A stretch of DNA of 64,000 bases, taken from assembly GCA_964057225.1 (NCBI GenBank), contig OZ059899.1, forward strand, positions 17,732,001 through 17,796,000, read 5' to 3'. Numbering within the stretch: position 1 is the first letter of the stretch; each line of letters begins with the position of its first letter. Shown piece by piece: positions 1 through 12,153 of the stretch. Origin of the DNA: Auanema rhodensis. Taxonomy: Eukaryota > Animalia > Nematoda. The notes beneath the pieces were generated by a model that was given only the letters and a program-made list of their open reading frames with translations, was not told the origin of the DNA and did not search any database. The translations under genes and the position numbers were made by a program.

Positions 1-68
1 TTTTCAAGGCGAAGACGATGGACAATGTTATTCAACGAAAAAATTAATTCTGCAGGGTGAAAATCGAG

Positions 69-269
69 GATATAAGTGTGAACTTATATCAGTTGATATC
101 TCGGTGCATTTTTAAGCTAGCGCAAATCTGATAACACAGATCGACGCAGCTTAAAAATCCGCATCGAATGCACTATACTACATTGAAAAACGCTTAATAC
201 AAAAATTAGTTATGATCGTTTGAAAAAAGATGCATTAGTGTATGTTGAGTTTCCATGTACACTCAACAT
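69..269. other. Cluster of internal inverted repeats in the satellite A monomer (example copy)
   Basis: GATATAAGT/ACTTATATC 69-77/82-90 (4-nt loop); ATTTTTAAGCT/AGCTTAAAAAT 108-118/148-158 enclosing ATCTG/CAGAT; ATGTTGAGT/ACTCAACAT 242-250/261-269 (10-nt loop). Confidence 0.9.
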
Positions 270-921
270 TGCTTCCAAAAACATTTTGACAAAAATTTTT
301 CCAAAAAATTTCAAAATAATTTCGCAAAAAGTAAATGTTTTTAGATTTCTTTTTTCAAGGCAAAGACGATGGACAATGTTATTCAACGAAAAAATTAATT
401 CTGCAGGGTGAAAATCGAGGATATAAGTGTGAACTTATATCAGTTGATATCTCGGTGCATTTTTAAGCTAGCGCAAATCTGATAACACAGATCGACGCAG
501 CTTAAAAATCCGCATCGAATGCACTATACTACATTGAAAAACGCTTAATACAAAAATTAGTTATGATCGTTTGAAAAAAGATGCATTAGTGTATGTTGAG
601 TTTCCATGTACACTCAACATTGCTTCCAAAAACATTTTGACAAAAATTTTTCCGAAAAATTTCGAAATAATTTCGCAAAAAGTAGATGTTTTTAGATTCC
701 TTTTTTCAAGGCAAAGACGATGGACAATGTTATTCAACGAAAAAATTAATTCTGCAGGGTGAAAATCGAGGATATAAGTGTGAACTTATATCAGTTGATA
801 TCTCGGTGCATTTTTAAGCTAGCTCAAATCTGATAACACAGATCGACGCAGCTTAAAAATCCGCATCGAATGCATTATACTACATTGAAAAACGCTTAAT
901 ACAAAAATTAGTTATGATCGT

Positions 922-3025
922 TTGAAAAAAGATGCATTAGTGTATGTTGAGTTTCCATGTACACTCAACATTGCTTCCAAAAACATTTTGACAAAAATTT
1001 TTCCAAAAAATTTCAAAATAATTTCGCAAAAAGTAAATGTTTTTAGATTTCTTTTTTCAAGGCAAAGACGATGGACAATGTTATTCAACGAAAAAATTAA
1101 TTCTGCAGGGTGAAAATCGAGGATATAAGTGTGAACTTATATCAGTTGATATCTCGGTGCATTTTTAAGCTAGCGCAAATCTGATAACACAGATCGACGC
1201 AGCTTAAAAATCCGCATCGAATGCACTATACTACATTGAAAAACGCTTAATACAAAAATTAGTTATGATCGTTTGAAAAAAGATGCATTAGTGTATGTTG
1301 AGTTTCCATGTACACTCAACATTGCTTCCAAAAACATTTTGACAAAAATTTTTCCGAAAAATTTCGAAATAATTTCGCAAAAAGTAGATGTTTTTAGATT
1401 CCTTTTTCAAGGCAAAGACGATGGACAATGTTATTCAACGAAAAAATTAATTCTGCAGGGTGAAAATCGAGGATATAAGTGTGAACTTATATCAGTTGAT
1501 ATCTCGGTGCATTTTTAAGCTAGCGCAAACCTGATAACACAGATCGACGCAGCTTAAAAATCCGCATCGAATGCACTATACTACATTGAAAAACGCATAA
1601 TACAAAAATTAGTTATGATCGTTTGAAAAAAGATGCATTAGTGTATGTTGAGTTTCCATGTACACTCAACATTGCTTCCAAAAACATTTTGACAAAAATT
1701 TTTCCAAAAAATTTCAAAATAATTTCGCAAAAAGTAAATGTTTTTAGATTCCTTTTTTCAAGGCAAAGACGATGGACAATGTTATTCAACGAAAAAATTA
1801 ATTCTGCAGGGTGAAAATCGAGGATATAAGTGTGAACTTATATCAGTTGATATCTCGGTGCATTTTTAAGCTAGCGCAAACCTGATAACACAGATCGACG
1901 CAGCTTAAAAATCCGCATCGAATGCACTATACTACATTGAAAAACGCTTAATACAAAAATTAGTTATGATCGTTTGAAAAAAGATGCATTAGTGTATGTT
2001 GAGTTTCCATGTACACTCAACATTGCTTCCAAAAACATTTTGACAAAAATTTTTCCAAAAAATTTCAAAATAATTTCGCAAAAAGTAAATGTTTTTAGAT
2101 TTCTTTTTTCAAGGCAAAGACGATGGACAATGTTATTCAACGAAAAAATTAATTCTGCAGGGTGAAAATCGAGGATATAAGTGTGAACTTATATCAGTTG
2201 ATATCTCGGTGCATTTTTAAGCTAGCGCAAATCTGATAACACAGATCGACGCAGCTTAAAAATCCGCATCGAATGCACTATACTACATTGAAAAACGCTT
2301 AATACAAAAATTAGTTATGATCGTTTGAAAAAAGATGCATTAGTGTATGTTGAGTTTCCATGTACACTCAACATTGCTTCCAAAAACATTTTGACAAAAA
2401 TTTTTCCGAAAAATTTCGAAATAATTTCGCAAAAAGTAGATGTTTTTAGATTCCTTTTTCAAGGCAAAGACGATGGACAATGTTATTCAACGAAAAAATT
2501 AATTCTGCAGGGTGAAAATCGAGGATATAAGTGTGAACTTATATCAGTTGATATCTCGGTGCATTTTTAAGCTAGCGCAAACCTGATAACACAGATCGAC
2601 GCAGCTTAAAAATCCGCATCGAATGCACTATACTACATTGAAAAACGCATAATACAAAAATTAGTTATGATCGTTTGAAAAAAGATGCATTAGTGTATGT
2701 TGAGTTTCCATGTACACTCAACATTGCTTCCAAAAACATTTTGACAAAAATTTTTCCAAAAAATTTCAAAATAATTTCGCAAAAAGTAAATGTTTTTAGA
2801 TTCCTTTTTTCAAGGCAAAGACGATGGACAATGTTATTCAACGAAAAAATTAATTCTGCAGGGTGAAAATCGAGGATATAAGTGTGAACTTATATCAGTT
2901 GATATCTCGGTGCATTTTTAAGCTAGCGCAAACCTGATAACACAGATCGACGCAGCTTAAAAATCCGCATCGAATGCACTATACTACATTGAAAAACGCT
3001 TAATACAAAAATTAGTTATGATCGT
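922..3025 (+). repeat. 3-mer higher-order duplication (1052 bp x2) in A1
   Basis: The same 1-bp T-tract deletion with linked SNVs occurs in the monomers starting at 1273 and 2325 (offset 1052). Confidence 0.85.
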
Positions 3026-3729
3026 TTGAAAAAAGATGCATTAGTGTATGTTGAGTTTCCATGTACACTCAACATTGCTTCCAAAAACATTTTGACAAAA
3101 ATTTTTCCAAAAAATTTCAAAATAATTTCGCAAAAAGTAAATGTTTTTAGATTAATTTTTTTCAAGGCAAAGACGATGGACAATGTTATTCAACGAAAAA
3201 ATTAATTCTGCAGGGTGAAAATCGAGGATATAAGTGTGAACTTATATCAGTTGATATCTCGGTGCATTTTTAAGCTAGCGCAAACCTGATAACACAGATC
3301 GACGCAGCTTAAAAATCCGCATCGAATGCACTATACTACATTGAAAAACGCTTAATACAAAAATTAGTTATGATCGTTTGAAAAAAGATGCATTAGTGTA
3401 TGTTGAGTTTCCATGTACACTCAACATTGCTTCCAAAAACATTTTGACAAAAATTTTTCCAAAAAATTTCAAAATAATTTCGCAAAAAGGAAATGTTTTT
3501 AGATTAATTTTTTTTAAGGCAAAGACGATGGACAATGTTATTCAACGAAAAAATTAATTCTGCAGGGTGAAAATCGAGGATATAAGTGTGAACTTATATC
3601 AGTTGATATCTCGGTGCATTTTTAAGCTAGCGCAAATCTGATAACACAGATCGACGCAGCTTAGAAATCCGCATCGAATGCACTATACTACATTGAGAAA
3701 CGCTTAATACAAAAATTAGTTATGATCGT

Positions 3730-6700
3730 TTGAAAAAAGATGCATTAGTGTATGTTGAGTTTCCATGTACACTCAACATTGCTTCCAAAAACATTTTGAC
3801 AAAAATTTTTCCGAAAAATTTCAAAATAATTTCGCAAAAAGTAGATGTTTTTAGATTCCTTTTTTCAAGGCGAAGACGATGGACAATGTTATTCAACGAA
3901 AAAATTAATTCTGCAGGGTGAAAATCGAGGATATAAGTGTGAACTTATATCAGTTGATATCTCGGTGCATTTTTAAGCTAGCGCAAATCTGATAACACAG
4001 ATCGACGCAGCTTAACAATCCGCATCGAATGCACTATACTACATTGAAAAACGCATAATACAAAAATTAGTTATGATCGTTTGAAAAAAGATGCATTAGT
4101 GTATGTTGAGTTTCCATGTACACTCAACATTGCTTCCAAAAACATTTTGACAAAAATTTTTCCAAAAAATTTCAAAATAATTTCGCAAAAAGTAAATGTT
4201 TTTAGATTCCTTTTTTCAAGGCAAAGACGATGGACAATGTTATTCAACGAAAAAATTAATTCTGCAGGGTGAAAATCGAGGATATAAGTGTGAACTTATA
4301 TCAGTTGATATCTCGGTGCATTTTTAAGCTAGCGCAAATCTGATAACACAGATCGACGCAGCTTAACAATCCGCATCGAATGCACTATACTACATTGAAA
4401 AACGCATAATACAAAAATTAGTTATGATCGTTTGAAAAAAGATGCATTAGTGTATGTTGAGTTTCCATGTACACTCAACATTGCTTCCAAAAACATTTTG
4501 ACAAAAATTTTTCCAAAAAATTTCGAAATAATTTCGCAAAAAGTAAATGTTTTTAGATTCCTTTTTTCAAGGCAAAGACGATGGACAATGTTATTCAACG
4601 AAAAAATTAATTCTGCAGGGTGAAAATCGAGGATATAAGTGTGAACTTATATCAGTTGATATCTCGGTGCATTTTTAAGCTAGCGCAAATCTGATAACAC
4701 AGATCGACGCAGCTTAAAAATCCGCATCGAATGCACTATACTACATTGAGAAACGCTTAATACAAAAATTAGTTATGATCGTTTGAAAAAAGATGCATTA
4801 GTGTATGTTGAGTTTCCATGTACACTCAACATTGCTTCCAAAAACATTTTGACAAAAATTTTTCCGAAAAATTTCAAAATAATTTCGCAAAAAGTAGATG
4901 TTTTTAGATTCCTTTTTTCAAGGCGAAGACGATGGACAATGTTATTCAACGAAAAAATTAATTCTGCAGGGTGAAAATCGAGGATATAAGTGTGAACTTA
5001 TATCAGTTGATATCTCGGTGCATTTTTAAGCTAGCGCAAATCTGATAACACAGATCGACGCAGCTTAACAATCCGCATCGAATGCACTATACTACATTGA
5101 AAAACGCATAATACAAAAATTAGTTATGATCGTTTGAAAAAAGATGCATTAGTGTATGTTGAGTTTCCATGTACACTCAACATTGCTTCCAAAAACATTT
5201 TGACAAAAATTTTTCCAAAAAATTTCAAAATAATTTCGCAAAAAGTAAATGTTTTTAGATTCCTTTTTTCAAGGCAAAGACGATGGACAATGTTATTCAA
5301 CGAAAAAATTAATTCTGCAGGGTGAAAATCGAGGATATAAGTGTGAACTTATATCAGTTGATATCTCGGTGCATTTTTAAGCTAGCGCAAATCTGATAAC
5401 ACAGATCGACGCAGCTTAACAATCCGCATCGAATGCACTATACTACATTGAAAAACGCATAATACAAAAATTAGTTATGATCGTTTGAAAAAAGATGCAT
5501 TAGTGTATGTTGAGTTTCCATGTACACTCAACATTGCTTCCAAAAACATTTTGACAAAAATTTTTCCAAAAAATTTCAAAATAATTTCGCAAAAAGTAAA
5601 TGTTTTTAGATTCCTTTTTTCAAGGCAAAGACGATGGACAATGTTATTCAACGAAAAAATTAATTCTGCAGGGTGAAAATCGAGGATATAAGTGTGAACT
5701 TATATCAGTTGATATCTCGGTGCATTTTTAAGCTAGCGCAAATCTGATAACACAGATCGACGCAGCTTAAAAATCCGCATCGAATGCACTATACTACATT
5801 GAAAAACGCTTAATACAAAAATTAGTTATGATCGTTTGAAAAAAGATGCATTAGTGTATGTTGAGTTTCCATGTACACTCAACATTGCTTCCAAAAACAT
5901 TTTGACAAAAATTTTTCCGAAAAATTTCAAAATAATTTCGCAAAAAGTAGATGTTTTTAGATTCCTTTTTTCAAGGCGAAGACGATGGACAATGTTATTC
6001 AACGAAAAAATTAATTCTGCAGGGTGAAAATCGAGGATATAAGTGTGAACTTATATCAGTTGATATCTCGGTGCATTTTTAAGCTAGCGCAAATCTGATA
6101 ACACAGATCGACGCAGCTTAACAATCCGCATCGAATGCACTATACTACATTGAAAAACGCATAATACAAAAATTAGTTATGATCGTTTGAAAAAAGATGC
6201 ATTAGTGTATGTTGAGTTTCCATGTACACTCAACATTGCTTCCAAAAACATTTTGACAAAAATTTTTCCAAAAAATTTCAAAATAATTTCGCAAAAAGTA
6301 AATGTTTTTAGATTCCTTTTTTCAAGGCAAAGACAATGGACAATGTTATTCAACGAAAAAATTAATTCTGCAGGGTGAAAATCGAGGATATAAGTGTGAA
6401 CTTATATCAGTTGATATCTCGGTGCATTTTTAAGCTAGCGCAAATCTGATAACACAGATCGACGCAGCTTAACAATCCGCATCGAATGCACTATACTACA
6501 TTGAAAAACGCATAATACAAAAATTAGTTATGATCGTTTGAAAAAAGATGCATTAGTGTATGTTGAGTTTCCATGTACACTCAACATTGCTTCCAAAAAC
6601 ATTTTGACAAAAATTTTTCCAAAAAATTTCAAAATAATTTCGCAAAAAGTAAATGTTTTTAGATTCCTTTTTTCAAGGCAAAGACGATGGACAATGTTAT

Positions 6701-6888
6701 TCAACGAAAAAATTAATTCTGCAGGGTGAAAATCGAGGATATAAGTGTGAACTTATATCAGTTGATATCTCGGTGCATTTTTAAGCTAGCGCAAATCTGA
6801 TAACACAGATCGACGCAGCTTAACAATCCGCATCGAATGCACTATACTACATTGAAAAACGCATAATACAAAAATTAGTTATGATCGT
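3730..6888 (+). repeat. 3-mer higher-order repeat (1053 bp x3, imperfect) in A1
   Basis: The GGCGAAGAC + GTAGATG + TCCGAAA monomer occurs at 3730, 4783 and 5836, each followed by two monomers preceded by TTAACAATCC/CGCATAA. Confidence 0.8.
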
Positions 6889-9800
6889 TTGAAAAAAGAT
6901 GCATTAGTGTATGTTGAGTTTCCATGTACACTCAACATTGCTTCCAAAAACATTTTGACAAAAATTTTTCCAAAAAATTTCAAAATAATTTCGCAAAAAG
7001 TAAATGTTTTTAGATTCCTTTTTTCAAGGCAAAGACGATGGACAATGTTATTAAACGAAAAAATTAATTCTGCAGGGTGAAAATCGAGGATATAAGTGTG
7101 AACTTATATCAGTTGATATCTCGGTGCATTTTTAAGCTAGCGCAAATCTGATAACACAGATCGACGCAGCTTAACAATCCGCATCGAATGCACTATACTA
7201 CATTGAAAAACGCTTAATACAAAAATTAGTTATGATCGTTTGAAAAAAGATGCATTAGTGTATGTTGAGTTTCCATGTACACTCAACATTGCTTCCAAAA
7301 ACATTTTGACAAAAATTTTTCCAAAAAATTTCAAAATAATTTCGCAAAAAGTAAATGTTTTTAGATTCCTTTTTTCAAGGCAAAGACGATGGACAATGTT
7401 ATTCAACGAAAAAATTAATTCTGCAGGGTGAAAATCGAGGATATAAGTGTGAACTTATATCAGTTGATATCTCGGTGCATTTTTAAGCTAGCGCAAATCT
7501 GATAACACAGATCGACGCAGCTTAACAATCCGCATCGAATGCACTATACTACATTGAAAAACGCATAATACAAAAATTAGTTATGATCGTTTGAAAAAAG
7601 ATGCATTAGTGTATGTTGAGTTTCCATGTACACTCAACATTGCTTCCAAAAACATTTTGACAAAAATTTTTCCAAAAAATTTCAAAATAATTTCGCAAAA
7701 AGTAAATGTTTTTAGATTCCTTTTTTCAAGGCAAAGACGATGGACAATGTTATTCAACGAAAAAATTAATTCTGCAGGGTGAAAATCGAGGATATAAGTG
7801 TGAACTTATATCAGTTGATATCTCGGTGCATTTTTAAGCTAGCGCAAATCTGATAACACAGATCGACGCAGCTTAACAATCCGCATCGAATGCACTATAC
7901 TACATTGAAAAACGCTTAATACAAAAATTAGTTATGATCGTTTGAAAAAAGATGCATTAGTGTATGTTGAGTTTCCATGTACACTCAACATTGCTTCCAA
8001 AAACATTTTGACAAAAATTTTTCCAAAAAATTTCAAAATAATTTCGCAAAAAGTAAATGTTTTTAGATTCCTTTTTTCAAGGCAAAGACGATGGACAATG
8101 TTATTCAACGAAAAAATTAATTCTGCAGGGTGAAAATCGAGGATATAAGTGTGAACTTATATCAGTTGATATCTCGGTGCATTTTTAAGCTAGCGCAAAT
8201 CTGATAACACAGATCGACGCAGCTTAACAATCCGCATCGAATGCACTATACTACATTGAAAAACGCATAATACAAAAATTAGTTATGATCGTTTGAAAAA
8301 AGATGCATTAGTGTATGTTGAGTTTCCATGTACACTCAACATTGCTTCCAAAAACATTTTGACAAAAATTTTTCCAAAAAATTTCAAAATAATTTCGCAA
8401 AAAGTAAATGTTTTTAGATTCCTTTTTTCAAGGCAAAGACGATGGACAATGTTATTCAACGAAAAAATTAATTCTGCAGGGTGAAAATCGAGGATATAAG
8501 TGTGAACTTATATCAGTTGATATCTCGGTGCATTTTTAAGCTAGCGCAAATCTGATAACACAGATCGACGCAGCTTAACAATCCGCATCGAATGCACTAT
8601 ACTACATTGAAAAACGCATAATACAAAAATTAGTTATGATCGTTTGAAAAAAGATGCATTAGTGTATGTTGAGTTTCCATGTACACTCAACATTGCTTCC
8701 AAAAACATTTTGACAAAAATTTTTCCAAAAAATTTCAAAATAATTTCGCAAAAAGTAAATGTTTTTAGATTCCTTTTTTCAAGGCAAAGACGATGGACAA
8801 TGTTATTCAACGAAAAAATTAATTCTGCAGGGTGAAAATCGAGGATATAAGTGTGAACTTATATCAGTTGATATCTCGGTGCATTTTTAAGCTAGCGCAA
8901 ATCTGATAACACAGATCGACGCAGCTTAACAATCCGCATCGAATGCACTATACTACATTGAAAAACGCTTAATACAAAAATTAGTTATGATCGTTTGAAA
9001 AAAGATGCATTAGTGTATGTTGAGTTTCCATGTACACTCAACATTGCTTCCAAAAACATTTTGACAAAAATTTTTCCAAAAAATTTCAAAATAATTTCGC
9101 AAAAAGTAAATGTTTTTAGATTCCTTTTTTCAAGGCAAAGACGATGGACAATGTTATTCAACGAAAAAATTAATTCTGCAGGGTGAAAATCGAGGATATA
9201 AGTGTGAACTTATATCAGTTGATATCTCGGTGCATTTTTAAGCTAGCGCAAATCTGATAACACAGATCGACGCAGCTTAACAATCCGCATCGAATGCACT
9301 ATACTACATTGAAAAACGCATAATACAAAAATTAGTTATGATCGTTTGAAAAAAGATGCATTAGTGTATGTTGAGTTTCCATGTACACTCAACATTGCTT
9401 CCAAAAACATTTTGACAAAAATTTTTCCAAAAAATTTCAAAATAATTTCGCAAAAAGTAAATGTTTTTAGATTCCTTTTTTCAAGGCAAAGACGATGGAC
9501 AATGTTATTCAACGAAAAAATTAATTCTGCAGGGTGAAAATCGAGGATATAAGTGTGAACTTATATCAGTTGATATCTCGGTGCATTTTTAAGCTAGCGC
9601 AAATCTGATAACACAGATCGACGCAGCTTAACAATCCGCATCGAATGCACTATACTACATTGAAAAACGCATAATACAAAAATTAGTTATGATCGTTTGA
9701 AAAAAGATGCATTAGTGTATGTTGAGTTTCCATGTACACTCAACATTGCTTCCAAAAACATTTTGACAAAAATTTTTCCAAAAAATTTCAAAATAATTTC

Positions 9801-12153
9801 GCAAAAAGTAAATGTTTTTAGATTCCTTTTTTCAAGGCAAAGACGATGGACAATGTTATTCAACGAAAAAATTAATTCTGCAGGGTGAAAATCGAGGATA
9901 TAAGTGTGAACTTATATCAGTTGATATCTCGGTGCATTTTTAAGCTAGCGCAAATCTGATAACACAGATCGACGCAGCTTAACAATCCGCATCGAATGCA
10001 CTATACTACATTGAAAAACGCATAATACAAAAATTAGTTATGATCGTTTGAAAAAAGATGCATTAGTGTATGTTGAGTTTCCATGTACACTCAACATTGC
10101 TTCCAAAAACATTTTGACAAAAATTTTTCCAAAAAATTTCAAAATAATTTCGCAAAAAGTAAATGTTTTTAGATTCCTTTTTTCAAGGCAAAGACGATGG
10201 ACAATGTTATTCAACGAAAAAATTAATTCTGCAGGGTGAAAATCGAGGATATAAGTGTGAACTTATATCAGTTGATATCTCGGTGCATTTTTAAGCTAGC
10301 GCAAATCTGATAACACAGATCGACGCAGCTTAACAATCCGCATCGAATGCACTATACTACATTGAAAAACGCATAATACAAAAATTAGTTATGATCGTTT
10401 GAAAAAAGATGCATTAGTGTATGTTGAGTTTCCATGTACACTCAACATTGCTTCCAAAAACATTTTGACAAAAATTTTTCCAAAAAATTTCAAAATAATT
10501 TCGCAAAAAGTAAATGTTTTTAGATTCCTTTTTTCAAGGCAAAGACGATGGACAATGTTATTCAACGAAAAAATTAATTCTGCAGGGTGAAAATCGAGGA
10601 TATAAGTGTGAACTTATATCAGTTGATATCTCGGTGCATTTTTAAGCTAGCGCAAATCTGATAACACAGATCGACGCAGCTTAACAATCCGCATCGAATG
10701 CACTATACTACATTGAAAAACGCATAATACAAAAATTAGTTATGATCGTTTGAAAAAAGATGCATTAGTGTATGTTGAGTTTCCATGTACACTCAACATT
10801 GCTTCCAAAAACATTTTGACAAAAATTTTTCCAAAAAATTTCAAAATAATTTCGCAAAAAGTAAATGTTTTTAGATTCCTTTTTTCAAGGCAAAGACGAT
10901 GGACAATGTTATTCAACGAAAAAATTAATTCTGCAGGGTGAAAATCGAGGATATAAGTGTGAACTTATATCAGTTGATATCTCGGTGCATTTTTAAGCTA
11001 GCGCAAATCTGATAACACAGATCGACGCAGCTTAACAATCCGCATCGAATGCACTATACTACATTGAAAAACGCATAATACAAAAATTAGTTATGATCGT
11101 TTGAAAAAAGATGCATTAGTGTATGTTGAGTTTCCATGTACACTCAACATTGCTTCCAAAAACATTTTGACAAAAATTTTTCCAAAAAATTTCAAAATAA
11201 TTTCGCAAAAAGTAAATGTTTTTAGATTCCTTTTTTCAAGGCAAAGACGATGGACAATGTTATTCAACGAAAAAATTAATTCTGCAGGGTGAAAATCGAG
11301 GATATAAGTGTGAACTTATATCAGTTGATATCTCGGTGCATTTTTAAGCTAGCGCAAATCTGATAACACAGATCGACGCAGCTTAACAATCCGCATCGAA
11401 TGCACTATACTACATTGAAAAACGCATAATACAAAAATTAGTTATGATCGTTTGAAAAAAGATGCATTAGTGTATGTTGAGTTTCCATGTACACTCAACA
11501 TTGCTTCCAAAAACATTTTGACAAAAATTTTTCCAAAAAATTTCAAAATAATTTCGCAAAAAGTAAATGTTTTTAGATTCCTTTTTTCAAGGCAAAGACG
11601 ATGGACAATGTTATTCAACGAAAAAATTAATTCTGCAGGGTGAAAATCGAGGATATAAGTGTGAACTTATATCAGTTGATATCTCGGTGCATTTTTAAGC
11701 TAGCGCAAATCTGATAACACAGATCGACGCAGCTTAACAATCCGCATCGAATGCACTATACTACATTGAAAAACGCATAATACAAAAATTAGTTATGATC
11801 GTTTGAAAAAAGATGCATTAGTGTATGTTGAGTTTCCATGTACACTCAACATTGCTTCCAAAAACATTTTGACAAAAATTTTTCCAAAAAATTTCAAAAT
11901 AATTTCGCAAAAAGTAAATGTTTTTAGATTCCTTTTTTCAAGGCAAAGACGATGGACAATGTTATTCAACGAAAAAATTAATTCTGCAGGGTGAAAATCG
12001 AGGATATAAGTGTGAACTTATATCAGTTGATATCTCGGTGCATTTTTAAGCTAGCGCAAATCTGATAACACAGATCGACGCAGCTTAACAATCCGCATCG
12101 AATGCACTATACTACATTGAAAAACGCATAATACAAAAATTAGTTATGATCGT

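Noticed and set aside
69-158. tRNA, 5S or other structured ncRNA gene, or intrinsic terminator, in the A monomer
   Set aside because: Hairpins are present, but there is no cloverleaf, no convincing A/B-box pair, no rRNA similarity and no genic context.
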